A DNA stretch of 64,000 nucleotides from Theionarchaea archaeon (GCA_018992685.1 JACVGT010000019.1:89365-153364); one strand, 5' to 3'. Positions 29,134 through 40,471 are shown, counted from the stretch's first letter. Made by a program: numbers and translations. Notes: generated from the sequence alone by a model not told the origin.

Positions 29134-30699
29134 TCACCTCCTTACAAAGTTGGTTAGTCCGAATCTTTTTAAAGGAATAATTACCCCAATCCCAAATACG
29201 GTGGCAAAAAACGCCATGAACATTCTCTCCACTGGATAAATAAATAGAAATGCCCTGAAGATTCCTGTATTTAATTCAAGAACCTGAACAGCCAGGAAAT
29301 TTCCAATCATCAAGTCAGAAAGAACTGCAAATCCAGAGATCACAAAGTATGCTACAGAGAGTTTCTCCAGAGAAATGTTCAAGAAGAAGGATATGCCCAG
29401 AATCACCAGAGCTGCGAATATCAGAAGCCATCCCAGATGATTCATATAGAGGGGCAGGACTTTTTCACCATAGTACGTGAAGGTACTGATCAGAGTAATT
29501 TCATGCCCAAGAGATTCTGTGGAGAAGGGGATTCTTTCATCCAGCCGTAACAGTTCAGTTCTCATGACCTGGGACTGCAACGAGAGCAGGAGAACCTGCT
29601 GCATCAATCCCAGAATCCCCGCAGCAAGAAATGTAAATCCGCACCATTTCCTCAGTGATTCGACAGGTTTCAGATGCACTACAGCGAACAGAAGAACTCC
29701 CAGAATGACTGCAGCATAAGCCAGAAGCCTGAACCCGGAGTACCATCCTGACTCACCCATTGAGGATGATACCTCAATTCCCAGAGTGGCAATTACTGAC
29801 ACGAGCAGTCCACAGAGAGACACCAGGAACCACACCTTGAACGTATCAGAATCAAGAGCCAGGACTCCAAGAGCACAGGTACTGCAGAAAAGTACGGTAC
29901 TCACCAACAGAAGGCTTTCACCATACGTCCCGTACGCTCCTGCAATGGCGAGTATCCCACTGACCACAGTAAGACCACCGGAGATCTTCCTTACTCTGGG
30001 CAGGTCTCTCATCACAGCAATCAGGATTCCAGCAACACCTGCTGTGCCACACACAATGCCTGTGCCCAGAATCCACAATCCACTGAGGGTCACGACTATC
30101 CACGCACCTCCTACTAAACTCACCCCTGCTAGCAGAAACCATATTCCTGCTCCTCTGAACCCTACCAGCTCACCATACTGCACGTGGATCCATTCTCCCA
30201 GGTGCTCTCTGAATAGCAGTCCCAATCCCAGAAAGAGAAGCGGCATATAGGGGTAGTAGTACAGTTCCCTCCCGATTGAAGTTGAATACCACAGCAGAAG
30301 AACCCCCACCATGACTACACAGGCTGTCTTCCATTTCTTGTGGGCCAGTAACCCTGCAGTGGCTGCTCCCACAGTGGGAGGAATGAACGTCAGCAACCCA
30401 AAAATCGCTCCTTGAGGCGCGAGAATCTGTCCCACAAAACCCCCTGCAGCAGCAGCATATGTCCCCAGGACGGGTCCCAGAAGGACACCCACCAGGGGCT
30501 CCAATGCCACCGCAGCAGAAATCACCTTGCCAACACCTGCTACCACAGTCACCGGAATGAATGCAGCTACTGCCATAACTGCTGCCATTATCCCGCTAAA
30601 AGCGATTTCCTGTGCAGTTAGCCTTTGAGGAACTATCGCACCAATTCTATCACGCAGTCGCTGACCAAGTGTCATCGATATCCATCCTGTGTAGATCAT
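29134..30699 (-). CDS. Polytopic membrane protein, ECF S-component-like termini with a large internal TM insertion
   Basis: N-terminal IAFSGIMAA..PLVGVLLGP..G and C-terminal YPVERMF..FATVFG segments resemble archaeal S components; about 270 extra hydrophobic aa in between. Confidence 0.6.
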   Translation of the reverse strand: MIYTGWISMTLGQRLRDRIGAIVPQRLTAQEIAFSGIMAAVMAVAAFIPVTVVAGVGKVISAAVALEPLVGVLLGPVLGTYAAAAGGFVGQILAPQGAIFGLLTFIPPTVGAATAGLLAHKKWKTACVVMVGVLLLWYSTSIGRELYYYPYMPLLFLGLGLLFREHLGEWIHVQYGELVGFRGAGIWFLLAGVSLVGGAWIVVTLSGLWILGTGIVCGTAGVAGILIAVMRDLPRVRKISGGLTVVSGILAIAGAYGTYGESLLLVSTVLFCSTCALGVLALDSDTFKVWFLVSLCGLLVSVIATLGIEVSSSMGESGWYSGFRLLAYAAVILGVLLFAVVHLKPVESLRKWCGFTFLAAGILGLMQQVLLLSLQSQVMRTELLRLDERIPFSTESLGHEITLISTFTYYGEKVLPLYMNHLGWLLIFAALVILGISFFLNISLEKLSVAYFVISGFAVLSDLMIGNFLAVQVLELNTGIFRAFLFIYPVERMFMAFFATVFGIGVIIPLKRFGLTNFVRR

Positions 30700-30757
30700 T
30701 ACACTGGATGATCATATTGTACAATAGGTATATAAGGTTTTTCCCCCATGGTACCAC

Positions 30758-31258
30758 ATGGAACAACCGCTGCTTTCCATAACTGATGACGTGCTGCCGT
30801 ATGTCATATTCCTTCCCTCAGACAGAGATACACAGATGAAAATGCTGTCTGCTGTTTTTGGGTCTGAAGTCAACCTGAAGATACTCACCCAGTTCTGTGG
30901 GAGTGACAGGGTATATCAAAAGGCGCTCATTGACGAGTTACCCTACTCCAACAAGACTATTATCAATCATTTGAAGGAGTTGGTATCCCTGGAGGTCTTG
31001 AAAGAAGGAATGGAAAAACAGGAGGGGGAAAAAAATGTGTGGGTCAAGTATTTTGAAGTAGAACCGTCCAGGAGATGGCTTATTTTCCTCATCTATGATC
31101 CTGAAACTATTTCTCCAGAGACCATGCAGGAGCTTATAGTGGAAGTGGTCCGGTATTATGTCAAGAGAATCATGGAGCTGGCTGCTGAGTTTGGGATAGA
31201 CGAACAGGTCATCAGAAACCTCTTTGAGGATGGAATCCATGGGCAAGAAGGTGGATAA
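30758..31258 (+). CDS. Winged-helix transcriptional regulator
   Basis: YQKALIDELPYSNKTIINHLKELVSLEVL wHTH pattern. Confidence 0.7.
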   Translation: MEQPLLSITDDVLPYVIFLPSDRDTQMKMLSAVFGSEVNLKILTQFCGSDRVYQKALIDELPYSNKTIINHLKELVSLEVLKEGMEKQEGEKNVWVKYFEVEPSRRWLIFLIYDPETISPETMQELIVEVVRYYVKRIMELAAEFGIDEQVIRNLFEDGIHGQEGG

Positions 31259-32174
31259 TTTCAGTTCCTCATCTCTGGAAAACGGGACTATCAGTGACGA
31301 CCACATCCTTAGAACCGGCACGCCAATTTTGAATGATGTAGTGTGTATTGGCCCTGCAGCTGTAGATACTGTTTTCCTGGTGAAGGAATTCCCTGTATCG
31401 GATGAGATTTCTCTTGCCTCCTGGTCAAGAGAATTCTTCGGGGGTTCATCAGCAAATGTGGCAGTGGGACTGTCACGGCTGGGGTTCTACTCAGGACTGG
31501 TCAGCAAGGTGGGGAGAGATTCAAGGGGCGTTGGCCTTCTCAGCAAGCTGATCTCAGAAGGAGTTGATATCCGAAAGATCTCTATCTGTGATAAGACTGC
31601 TCAGAGCGTAGTCCTGATCAACGAGGAGGGGGAGAAAGTAATTGTGGCAGATACGCAGTGTGCACTGAGAACAGAAGAGGATGTACCTGCAGGGTATCTT
31701 GCCAAGAGTAGAGCGTTATATCTTGGAGAGTGCTTCCTACCAGCAGCTGCGAAAGCAGTGGAACGAGCTCTGGAGGAGGGGCTACACATCTTTCTCAGGC
31801 TGAAAAATGTCCATCTCTCCTTTTTGCTGGATCTGGAAAGGATTGTCAGGAATGCTGACTTTGTCATCATGAATGAAAAGACTCATGCACAAATGAAGGA
31901 GACCCGTGAGAATTTTGTCATCACCAGGGGAAAAAGAGGGTGTTACCACCCGGCAGAAGACATTGAAGTACAGGGTATGTCTGTTCCCTGTCTAGATACG
32001 ACGGGAGCAGGAGACGCCTTCTGTGCAGGATTCATCTGTCAGGTGATGGAAGGGAAGTCTGTGCCAGAGGCCCTCAGGTTTGCCAATGCAGCGGGAGCAG
32101 CATCCACAACACGGTATGGGGCCATGGATAGCATGCCTTCACTCAGTGAAGTGGAATCACTCCTGAAGCACTGA
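31239..32174 (+). CDS. PfkB/ribokinase family carbohydrate or nucleoside kinase
   Basis: GGSSANVA..LSRLG, VGRD..G, NE, DTTGAGDAF; start uncertain. Confidence 0.92.
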   Translation: MGKKVDNFSSSSLENGTISDDHILRTGTPILNDVVCIGPAAVDTVFLVKEFPVSDEISLASWSREFFGGSSANVAVGLSRLGFYSGLVSKVGRDSRGVGLLSKLISEGVDIRKISICDKTAQSVVLINEEGEKVIVADTQCALRTEEDVPAGYLAKSRALYLGECFLPAAAKAVERALEEGLHIFLRLKNVHLSFLLDLERIVRNADFVIMNEKTHAQMKETRENFVITRGKRGCYHPAEDIEVQGMSVPCLDTTGAGDAFCAGFICQVMEGKSVPEALRFANAAGAASTTRYGAMDSMPSLSEVESLLKH

Positions 32175-32642
32175 ATGGAACTTCCTCAGGCATGCTCGGC
32201 AGAATTCAACACTCTTGTAATCGGTATCAGACAGGATGTTGGAAAAGTGCATCACACATTGGGGATTCGGACAGTGAACAAGTGATAGTACGTGGCCCAA
32301 CTCATGAACAGCTTCCTTTGTTATCCGTTCTTCCAGACGAGGTCCCTGCAGCCTGGCAGTGGAGATTATGGCATTGGCACCAGGTGCATAGCCGAAAATG
32401 TAATTGAGGCCTTGAGCATACAGGTCCACAGTGGTGATGAGGAGATGGTGACCTTTCCTGATTTCCACTATATCCATAAAGGGATACACCAGGTATTGTC
32501 CTCTTGTAGGGTCGTATGCTTTCTCTGGTATTGGCTGTTCCTCTCCAATAGAACAAGAAAAGCCCATGGACTCCAAGTGGGACTTAACTACCTCCAGCAG
32601 GGTTCTTTCAATAGTTCCAACGGACACAATGATCACTTCCAT
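32157..32642 (-). CDS. amzA: Archaemetzincin Zn metalloprotease
   Basis: KEAVHELGHVLSLVHC...CVM.FSN...D.K...FC..C. Confidence 0.92.
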   Translation of the reverse strand: MEVIIVSVGTIERTLLEVVKSHLESMGFSCSIGEEQPIPEKAYDPTRGQYLVYPFMDIVEIRKGHHLLITTVDLYAQGLNYIFGYAPGANAIISTARLQGPRLEERITKEAVHELGHVLSLVHCPNPQCVMHFSNILSDTDYKSVEFCRACLRKFHSVLQE

Positions 32643-32826
32643 GATTTCTCTTGGCTCAAGGACATAAAGAGTCTTCTTCGTTACACGGTGGATAATTCAA
32701 GAGCGTCCATAATTCCAAGAGGAATCTCCAACAGTCATGGTCGAGACCGCGACACTTCACCAACATTTCCTGACCTTCACAACCTTTTTATACCTCGACT
32801 ATTCTTCCCATGTGCTGGGTTTTACT

Positions 32827-35685
32827 ATGGCAACTGACAGAATCTTCATCAAAGGTGCATCTCAGCACAACCTGAAAAATATAGACGTAGAGATACCGCG
32901 GAACAGTCTGGTGGTGATTACTGGTGTTTCAGGTTCAGGGAAGTCCTCTTTGGCCTTTGATACCATCTATGCTGAGGGACAGAGGCGCTATGTGGAATCC
33001 TTATCGGCCTACGCCCGTCAGTTTCTGGAACAGATGGACAAGCCCGATGTGGAATACATTGAAGGGTTGTCTCCCGCCATCTCTATTGAACAGAAAGGAG
33101 TGAGCAAGAACCCCCGCTCTACCGTGGGGACGGTTACTGAAATATATGATTATTTACGATTGCTGTACGCCAGAATTGGTGTCCCTCATTGTCCCGAATG
33201 TGGGAAAGAGATCAGAAAGCAGACGCCGCAGGAGATTGTGGACCAGGTGCTGGTATTCCAGGGGAAAGAAATCTCTGTGTTGTCCCCCATTGTGAGAGGC
33301 AGAAAAGGGATCTATAAGAGAGAGCTGGAGAACCTCCTGGCCCAGGGATTTACCAGAGCACGCGTTGACGGGGTAATCAGGCACCTGGATGAGGAAGAAA
33401 TAGACCTGGAGAAGTACAAGAAACATGACATTGAGGTAGTGGTGGACACCCTTACTGTCTCTCCAGACGAGAAAGAACGAATCGCTGATTCTGTGGAAAT
33501 GGCCCTGGATCTCAGTGAGGGACTGGTGATCATATCGACCCCTGAAGACCACATGTATTCTGAACATTTCTCGTGTCCTGACTGTGGCATTTCTTTTGAA
33601 GAACTGGAACCCCGGATGTTCTCATTCAACTCACCTTTTGGGGCCTGTCCTGAATGCCACGGGCTGGGAGAGAGGATGCGCATTGACCCTGAAAAAGTGC
33701 TTGACAGCAGACGGTCCATCCGAGAAGGTGCCATTCGACCCTGGAAGTCTTCCAACCAGGACGGGTACTACATGTCAAAATTGTCCCAGCTGGCAGCGCA
33801 TCTGAAAATCCCCATGGACAAGCCACTGAAAGAGGTTCCTCAGAAGACCCTTGATATAATATTATATGGTACACGAGAGCCCATTCATTATGTATTTGAA
33901 GGTGACAGGTCCAGATGGGAATATACCGGAGGATTTGAAGGAGTCATCACCAACCTCAAGAGACGGTACAGCCAGACCAAGTCTGAGTACATCCGATCAG
34001 AAATTGAAACCTTCATGAGCAGCATAGCGTGTCCTGTTTGCAAGGGAAAGCGGCTGAAGCCAGAGAGCCTGTCAGTGACCATACAGGATATGTGCATCAC
34101 AGACATTACAGAAATGTCCATAAAGGAAGCACAAGAGTTCTTTGATACACTTGACCTGTCAGAAAAGGAACAGATAATTGCAAAGCAGATTTTGAAGGAG
34201 ATCAACGAACGGCTGGGGTTCATGGTTTCAGTCGGGCTGGAATACCTCACCCTTGATAGAAAAGCTGCTACATTATCTGGAGGAGAAGCTCAGAGGATTC
34301 GCCTGGCAACCCAGATAGGGTCATCGTTGATGGGTGTTCTGTACATACTGGATGAACCTTCCATCGGACTGCACCAGAGGGACAATGCCAGGCTGCTGGC
34401 CACCTTGCAGCAGCTGAGAGACCTGGGGAACACCGTGATTGTCATTGAGCACGACGAAGCTACCATGAGAGCTGCAGACCACATCATTGATATGGGACCA
34501 GGAGCAGGACTGCATGGAGGGTACGTCGTTGCCCATGGAACAGTCACTGATGTCTGTCAGAACCCTCGATCACTGACAGGAAAATACTTGAAGGGTGAAC
34601 TGTCCATTGAAGTGCCGGCGCAGAGGCTGGAATGGAATCGGAGTCTCACCATGAAGGGCGTGCGCCATAATAATTTGAAGAATGTTGATGTGGAAATACC
34701 ACTGGGAGTATTTGTCTGTATAACAGGTGTCTCAGGATCTGGGAAATCATCACTGGTGGATGATACACTGCACAAGGCACTAGCCCAGTACTTCTACGGT
34801 TCCTCAGAGAAACCAGGAGCATTTGATGGCATGGAAGGACTGGAAGCTGTGGATAAGGTAATTATTATTGATCAATCTCCCATTGGAAGGACTCCCCGGT
34901 CCAATCCTGCCACATATACGGGTGCCCTCTCCCCCATACGACAGCTGTTTTCTCAGATGCCTCAATCCAAGAAGCGGGGGTATAGGCCAGGACGATTCTC
35001 GTTCAATGTGAAGGGAGGGCGATGTGAGGCCTGCAAGGGACATGGACTGGTGAAAATTGAGATGCACTTTTTGCCAGATGTGTATGTACCATGCGAAGTG
35101 TGCAAGGGCAGACGGTTCAACAGAGACACACTGAGTGTCCGATACAAGGGAAAGAGCATTGCAGATGTTCTGGACATGAGCGTGGAAGAGGCTTTGGATT
35201 TCTTTGAGAACATACCCACAGTCAAGAGAAAGTTGAAAACGCTGTATGATGTGGGAATGGGATATATCAAACTGGGGCAACCTGCCACCACGTTGTCTGG
35301 AGGAGAGGCCCAGAGAGTGAAACTGTCCCGTGAACTGTCCAAGAAAGGAACTGGAAGCACCCTGTACATACTGGATGAACCCACCACTGGACTGCATTTT
35401 GATGATATCTTGAAACTGCTCAATGTGCTCAAGAAGCTGGTGAAGCGAGGAAACACTATCCTGGTCATTGAACACAACCTGGACGTGATAAAGACTGCAG
35501 ACTACATCATTGACCTGGGACCTGAGGGGGGAGAAGAGGGAGGATATGTTGTGGCCACGGGTACTCCTGAGCAGGTGGCCCAGACAGACACTCACACAGG
35601 GAGATTCCTGAGAAAGGTACTTCATGAAGAAGCACACAGCATTGAGGAGTCAAGCTCAGAAAGAGCCGGTATCTCTGCATCCTAG
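32827..35685 (+). CDS. uvrA: Excinuclease ABC subunit A
   Basis: Two ABC domains ([10 protein letters not shown] twice, LSGGEAQR twice), Zn fingers, [11 protein letters not shown]; start placed at MATDRI. Confidence 0.98.
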   Translation: MATDRIFIKGASQHNLKNIDVEIPRNSLVVITGVSGSGKSSLAFDTIYAEGQRRYVESLSAYARQFLEQMDKPDVEYIEGLSPAISIEQKGVSKNPRSTVGTVTEIYDYLRLLYARIGVPHCPECGKEIRKQTPQEIVDQVLVFQGKEISVLSPIVRGRKGIYKRELENLLAQGFTRARVDGVIRHLDEEEIDLEKYKKHDIEVVVDTLTVSPDEKERIADSVEMALDLSEGLVIISTPEDHMYSEHFSCPDCGISFEELEPRMFSFNSPFGACPECHGLGERMRIDPEKVLDSRRSIREGAIRPWKSSNQDGYYMSKLSQLAAHLKIPMDKPLKEVPQKTLDIILYGTREPIHYVFEGDRSRWEYTGGFEGVITNLKRRYSQTKSEYIRSEIETFMSSIACPVCKGKRLKPESLSVTIQDMCITDITEMSIKEAQEFFDTLDLSEKEQIIAKQILKEINERLGFMVSVGLEYLTLDRKAATLSGGEAQRIRLATQIGSSLMGVLYILDEPSIGLHQRDNARLLATLQQLRDLGNTVIVIEHDEATMRAADHIIDMGPGAGLHGGYVVAHGTVTDVCQNPRSLTGKYLKGELSIEVPAQRLEWNRSLTMKGVRHNNLKNVDVEIPLGVFVCITGVSGSGKSSLVDDTLHKALAQYFYGSSEKPGAFDGMEGLEAVDKVIIIDQSPIGRTPRSNPATYTGALSPIRQLFSQMPQSKKRGYRPGRFSFNVKGGRCEACKGHGLVKIEMHFLPDVYVPCEVCKGRRFNRDTLSVRYKGKSIADVLDMSVEEALDFFENIPTVKRKLKTLYDVGMGYIKLGQPATTLSGGEAQRVKLSRELSKKGTGSTLYILDEPTTGLHFDDILKLLNVLKKLVKRGNTILVIEHNLDVIKTADYIIDLGPEGGEEGGYVVATGTPEQVAQTDTHTGRFLRKVLHEEAHSIEESSSERAGISAS

Positions 35686-35878
35686 AGGCAAGCAAAGAAT
35701 ACTCCTTTTCTCCTTCATCATCTCTTCTTATGAGGGTGCACCAACCGTGTCTTGATGGGGTCTTGCTACGTGACCTCTCTCCGATATTTTTCCACTGCTC
35801 TTGCGTAACCTCTTTATGGTGTGTTCTGCTAAACACAAATGTGTTCGTAGCATACAGAAATGAACAGAGGTAGTTCAA

Positions 35879-36157
35879 ATGGAAAAGCAGGAAGAATTCA
35901 TCAAAATGCTGGGTTCTAAGGCCACTCGGAGTATACTGCAGTTTCTGGACAGGGAGGAGAAAGCGAGATACAAGCAATTTCAGGAGTTTGTGAATACACA
36001 CACCCTGAACACCCGCCTCAGAGAACTCATGGACTATGACCTCATTCAGCACCACATGGTTAGAGAAGACACCAGGAAGGAATGGTACGAACCAACTGAA
36101 CGAGGCCGAAAGGCTCTCCAACTGCTGAATGAACTGGCAGAAATGGTAGACTGTTGA
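35879..36157 (+). CDS. HxlR/MarR-like winged-helix regulator
   Basis: TLNTRLRELMDYDLI...WYEPTERG. Confidence 0.85.
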   Translation: MEKQEEFIKMLGSKATRSILQFLDREEKARYKQFQEFVNTHTLNTRLRELMDYDLIQHHMVREDTRKEWYEPTERGRKALQLLNELAEMVDC

Positions 36158-36457
36158 GATTTCCGGAGCAGTTCTGTTCCGGCGTGAGTTCGTACGGTCC
36201 AAAAAGTCATCTGCTGGGCTCGGAGGGGCGAAAAAACATTCATTTTTTTCTGCTGTTAACAGACCAGATTCACTTTTTCAGTAGTCATTCATCCGCAGAC
36301 TGAAGAATCACATTAAGACCACAAAATCACTTCATGAGAAAAAGAAGGCAATTCAGAAGATTTTCGGCCTATTTCGCATAAATTCTTTCAGCCTATCATG
36401 GGGAGATAGAGATGATCAACCACAAAAGTTAATAAGTATTTGAAGCATATAGAAATC

Positions 36458-36919
36458 ATGAAGAGAGTAGCACTCGTGGCGTTGGTGTTGATGATCCCGG
36501 TTCCCGCTATGGCACAGCAGATGTGCTGGATTTCACCTGCAGAAGGCAGTGAGAATATTGTGATACTGAGGGTTGAGCACACTGCCACGATTCCAAATGA
36601 TGAGTATGTTGTCATCTATAATACTGGTAGGACATCAGTTGATCTGTCCGGATGGGTGGTTTTTGACAGTTATTACGAAACCTACAGGCATCTCCCACCC
36701 ACAGCGCGGACAGACCCACTCATCACGATGCATATTTATCGGATACCGTATGGGGTGGTACTGAAATCCCACTGCTGGGTCAGGATTTGCTCAGGTTATG
36801 GAAAGAATAATGGACTGTACCTGTATCGAGACTTGAGAACACAGTGGCTCAAAGATGAGGGGGATACGCTCTACTTGATGGATAACTACTGTAATCTGAT
36901 CAGTCAGTTCACCTGGTGA
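36458..36919 (+). CDS. Secreted lamin-tail-domain protein
   Basis: Signal peptide; DEYVVIYNTG..VDLSGW, WLKDEGDTLYLMD. Confidence 0.82.
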   Translation: MKRVALVALVLMIPVPAMAQQMCWISPAEGSENIVILRVEHTATIPNDEYVVIYNTGRTSVDLSGWVVFDSYYETYRHLPPTARTDPLITMHIYRIPYGVVLKSHCWVRICSGYGKNNGLYLYRDLRTQWLKDEGDTLYLMDNYCNLISQFTW

Positions 36920-37200
36920 ACAAAAAAAGGAAAAAAGAGGGATTGGATCGATCTCTCTTCTTGACAACCTTCTCCTTTCTTTTTCCCGTATCCCCACTGT
37001 ACTTTGAAGATCCTTTCTTATAAATATATGGGGCTCTTGGTACTTTTTTGCATAATTCGTGATTCAGCTATGATACTCTCACTGCATGATTATTCTCGTA
37101 TATCTTGGCAGCATTCCTGAGATACTGTAGTCATTTCTCTCCAGTAGATACCGTACTGGTCAGGTACCCATTTCTTATGTTATAGAATCTCAAAAGGGTT

Positions 37201-37665
37201 ATGGATGTGCACTACAAGGTAATAGAGGACAGAAGGGAGCTTGGGGCATCTAGATTTCTGAGATACAAGGTTTTTGTAGAGGAACAGAAGGTCCCTGAAT
37301 GCCTCGAAAAGGATCGGTTGGATGATGGATCGATTCATGTCATTGCATGCAGGGGAAGAAGAGTCATCGGGACCGGTAGGATAACAGCAGCACACGGCAA
37401 TGCGAAAATATCAAGATTGGCAGTCGAAAGAAAGGAAAGAGGAAAGGGATTAGGCAGAGGAATTATGCTCGAATTGGAGAGTATCGCTAAGAGGAAGGGA
37501 GTCAAGAAAATTATATTAAGTTCGAACTTCCAGTCTATTCCGTTTTATGAAAAGCTCGGATATAGGAAGAGAGGAAGCCCCTTTGTTGAGTGTGGGGGCG
37601 AAGTCCAGGGGATGACAAAGTGTCTGAGTCTCAGCCCATCTTCTCAAGGCCGCCTCCAGGATTAG
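37201..37665 (+). CDS. GNAT acetyltransferase (ElaA/YjcF-like)
   Basis: LRYKVFVEEQ, RLAV...RGKGLG, FYEKLGY. Confidence 0.9.
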   Translation: MDVHYKVIEDRRELGASRFLRYKVFVEEQKVPECLEKDRLDDGSIHVIACRGRRVIGTGRITAAHGNAKISRLAVERKERGKGLGRGIMLELESIAKRKGVKKIILSSNFQSIPFYEKLGYRKRGSPFVECGGEVQGMTKCLSLSPSSQGRLQD

Positions 37666-37814
37666 GAGAAGGTTCTGGATGAATTGCTGGTCCGCTGGAG
37701 GATTGAGGACGAAGGGATGTGCGTACCTGGATACAAGAAAAGCCAAAAGACAGACAAAAAGCTCCACAGGACAGTAATTGTTGCACCAGGAGAATTAATC
37801 TCAAGATCGGAAGA

Positions 37815-37887
37815 CGCCGCCGCCAGGACTTGAACCTGGAACCATCCGCTTAACAGGCGGGCGCTCTGCCAATTGAGCTACGGCGGC
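37815..37887 (-). tRNA. tRNA-Asn (GTT)
   Basis: GCCGCCG acceptor stem, AGCTCAATTGGCAGAGC D-arm, CTGTTAA anticodon loop, GGTTCAAGTCC T-arm. Confidence 0.95.
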
Positions 37888-38250
37888 TGTGAGATTATCG
37901 GACTAGCTGTTTATAAGTCTTTCTTACCCTTCCAGATTTGTAATATAAGAGATTGCATCAGAAGCCTCTTTTGGGTATAATAAAGCTTACAGAGCTTGCA
38001 TATAAAAGCTTTTCGGTGTGAACTCTTTCTCAAAAAGCTCCCATATTGTTAATAATAGATTCTCATTCTTGTACATTGCTAAATCAGTTACATCATTCCT
38101 TTTCTCTTTTTGATTTTTGATGGAAGTTAGGCAAAATATTATTAATTTTCATCAAATAGCATTATATATTGAGTTTATTTTTACCATGTGAATGGTTCAT
38201 AGTCTCTTTCACAAAAAAACTATCACCTAGTATCATAGGAAATTTTCGAC

Positions 38251-38598
38251 ATGGTAAAAGTAAGTAAAATGTCAGATGAAGACGTCTTGGAGTTGTACAG
38301 GGAGGGATTAACCAATCGCCAGATAGCAGACAGGCTAGGTGTCACACTACCTGCTGTCCAGTACCGACTACAGAATCTAGAGCTGATGAACAACTTCCAC
38401 CACTACAAGCCTGCAGATCCCACAGAGGTAAAGATTCTTCACGACATGAGATTGACCACGGTAGGGATCTCGCAGTTACTCAGAACGAATGCCAAAACGA
38501 GTCTAGAAACCATGAAAGATCTGGAGCTGGAAGACAACTGCAACAGACTCGAGGAACTACTGAGGAAAGACAGTCAGGAATGTGAATGTGGTGATTGA
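38251..38598 (+). CDS. Small tandem-HTH DNA-binding protein
   Basis: LYREGLTNRQIADRLGVT..AV.YRL plus a second degenerate HTH. Confidence 0.75.
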   Translation: MVKVSKMSDEDVLELYREGLTNRQIADRLGVTLPAVQYRLQNLELMNNFHHYKPADPTEVKILHDMRLTTVGISQLLRTNAKTSLETMKDLELEDNCNRLEELLRKDSQECECGD

Positions 38599-38772
38599 TC
38601 GTATTGAGTTTAGTTCCCTCTATTCTAACACTTTCAATCTGATTCAAATCCAGTACTGATAAGTTATAATTGTACTGTACAAAAAGACGCTTGCACAATC
38701 GCATTTTTGGCTCGAAGGTGGCTCTGTGGAGGGCAAGAATAGAAAAGGAGACAATACTTCAATCTTCTTAAT

Positions 38773-39282
38773 TCAATATTCTCCTTGTAGGGATTCTATA
38801 TCCTCAGTATTCTCAGAGACTGTTTCGAAGGCAATTCCTTTGGTCTTGCACATGGTTCTGATAACCTCTATGAGCTCTTCAGTATTCTCAATATCAGAGA
38901 AGGACACGGCATGGGTTCTCCCACTCTTCTTCGATACATAAAGATTCAGGCCTTTCTCTTTTAGTTTGATCTTCTCAATTTCATCCCATTCTACGATCCT
39001 GTAACCATATTCCAGAATGAAGAAGTGTTCGCATATTCGTGCAGCTGGCCTGGTTGCGTTCCAAATGAGTTCATGGATTACTATAATAAAGAGACATCCA
39101 AAGATGAAACCCATGCTGCTGTAAAGATAGAAGTGTCTTCTTATCATATCAAAATCATAGAATAAGAGAAGAAAACCGAGAAAGGTATAGAAGCTAAGAA
39201 TCACCATTGCCTCGATTATCCTAATGTATGATACTCTTTTCTTTGCCTTATATGCTTTTTTTGACACATTCATAGTTATCAT
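38773..39282 (-). CDS. 2-TM membrane protein with PH-like soluble domain (candidate Rhs immunity protein)
   Basis: Two TM segments then IVEWDEIEKI beta-rich domain; AT-rich; directly downstream of the Rhs tip. Confidence 0.6.
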   Translation of the reverse strand: MITMNVSKKAYKAKKRVSYIRIIEAMVILSFYTFLGFLLLFYDFDMIRRHFYLYSSMGFIFGCLFIIVIHELIWNATRPAARICEHFFILEYGYRIVEWDEIEKIKLKEKGLNLYVSKKSGRTHAVSFSDIENTEELIEVIRTMCKTKGIAFETVSENTEDIESLQGEY

Positions 39283-39431
39283 CTCCTTTAATTCTCTTGG
39301 TTATTCAGGTGACTCTGAACAGTGGCAACGTGGAGTCGTTCTGTCTTCATTGCAGTTGTCCTTTTGTTCTTCTCTTATCACCTTACTTGTTCTAACGCTG
39401 GAGTTTTAAACCTATCGGACTTGAACCTTTC

Positions 39432-40307
39432 CTAATAGTATTGGTTGGGCTCCCTGGGCGCATAATCTCCTGTACCCGACCCGCCACTCGAGCTGGATGA
39501 CGAATCATTACTAGTTGGTGGAGGGTCATCGCCTGGAGTCGGAACTGGAACAAAATCATCACCCACTCTCTTGAATATCTGCTTACTGCCATTGCCGAAA
39601 GTCACAGTATATGTATCATCACCAGAATTGTATGCAACATTATATCCATCCTGTACAGCGATTCCAGCCTCTACCATATACTCTGCGATAGCATTAGCGA
39701 GGAGAACAGCGTCTTCTTCACTCGATTCTCTATCTTGATTTGTAGCAATCATGGCACTAATTACGGCGAGAATTACGGCGACAATTATGGCGGCAATTAT
39801 GCCAATGATAAGTTGGTTGGTATTGGGATGATCTATCAACCATTCACTTAGAGCAGTGGCAACTCCGCTCAGAAATCCATAGAGACCCAGACCTACAACT
39901 TCTCCAGCTGCCCACATACCAATGGGAATTGCAGCACATCCAACCCAAAACCAGAAGATAAGGGGCTCATCAGTAATCTCAACGTCTACATACGCTATAT
40001 TGTCCACATTTTGACTCCATGTCCAGGTTTTACCCAGGTTCTTTTCCCTGTCACAAAAGATGGGATCTCTTCCATCTGGATCTACGAACTTCAAAGGATT
40101 ATTGAGGCAATAGGCGTACCGGTTGAGAGTCTGAGGGGCTTTCATGTAGCCCCCAGACAAATCTCGAGTTATGAACCTCCCCAGATCAGGGTCATAGTAG
40201 CGAGCACCAAAGTAATATAGGCCAGTCTCATCTCTCTCCCTTCCAGTAAACAGGTAATCCTCTGATCCTTCCTCAATCCCAGTCTCCCCAAATGGATGAT
40301 ATGTACA
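39432..40307 (-). pseudogene. Orphan Rhs repeat-associated core plus C-terminal toxin domain (no start codon ahead of the core)
   Basis: Frame reads TYHPFGE..YLFTGRERDETGLYYFGARYYDPDLGRFITRD..PQTLNRYAYCLNNPLKFVDPDG then a hydrophobic tip; in-frame TGA at 40320-40322 upstream. Confidence 0.85.
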
Positions 40308-40471
40308 TTTCCGTGAAGCTCATGTTCAGCATCTGATATCTTTCCTGTTTTCCAAGGAAGAGCAAGGTTTCGACTGTAGGCTGCCAGGAAATTCATGGGT
40401 TGATCAGTAACCATGGCATACCCTTCAACCTGTCCCCGGAGCACGACCTTTCCTTCAACCTGCAAGGTCAA
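40308..40471 (-). pseudogene. Aconitase X swivelling (DUF126) small subunit, 3'-truncated
   Basis: EGKVVLRGQVEGYAMVT..PMNFL...TGKI.D..HELHG, then homology ends at the Rhs DNA. Confidence 0.78.

Noticed and set aside
32827-35685. Solitary uvrA as a UvrA2/DrrC resistance protein
   Set aside because: Full-length class I architecture with insertion and UvrB-binding regions; uvrB and uvrC are probably elsewhere
34804-36202. Long antisense ORFs (277 aa, 231 aa), and similar ones such as 45107..45712 and 58418..59014
   Set aside because: Shadow ORFs opposite well-supported genes, with no recognisable motifs
37663-37833. Frame stays open for about 55 codons after the GNAT TAG
   Set aside because: The GNAT domain is already complete and the extension runs into the tRNA-Asn gene; chance or remnant
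37815-40310. Integrative element at tRNA-Asn
   Set aside because: No integrase and no duplicated tRNA end (att site) visible; the AT-rich DNA lies on the tRNA 5' side
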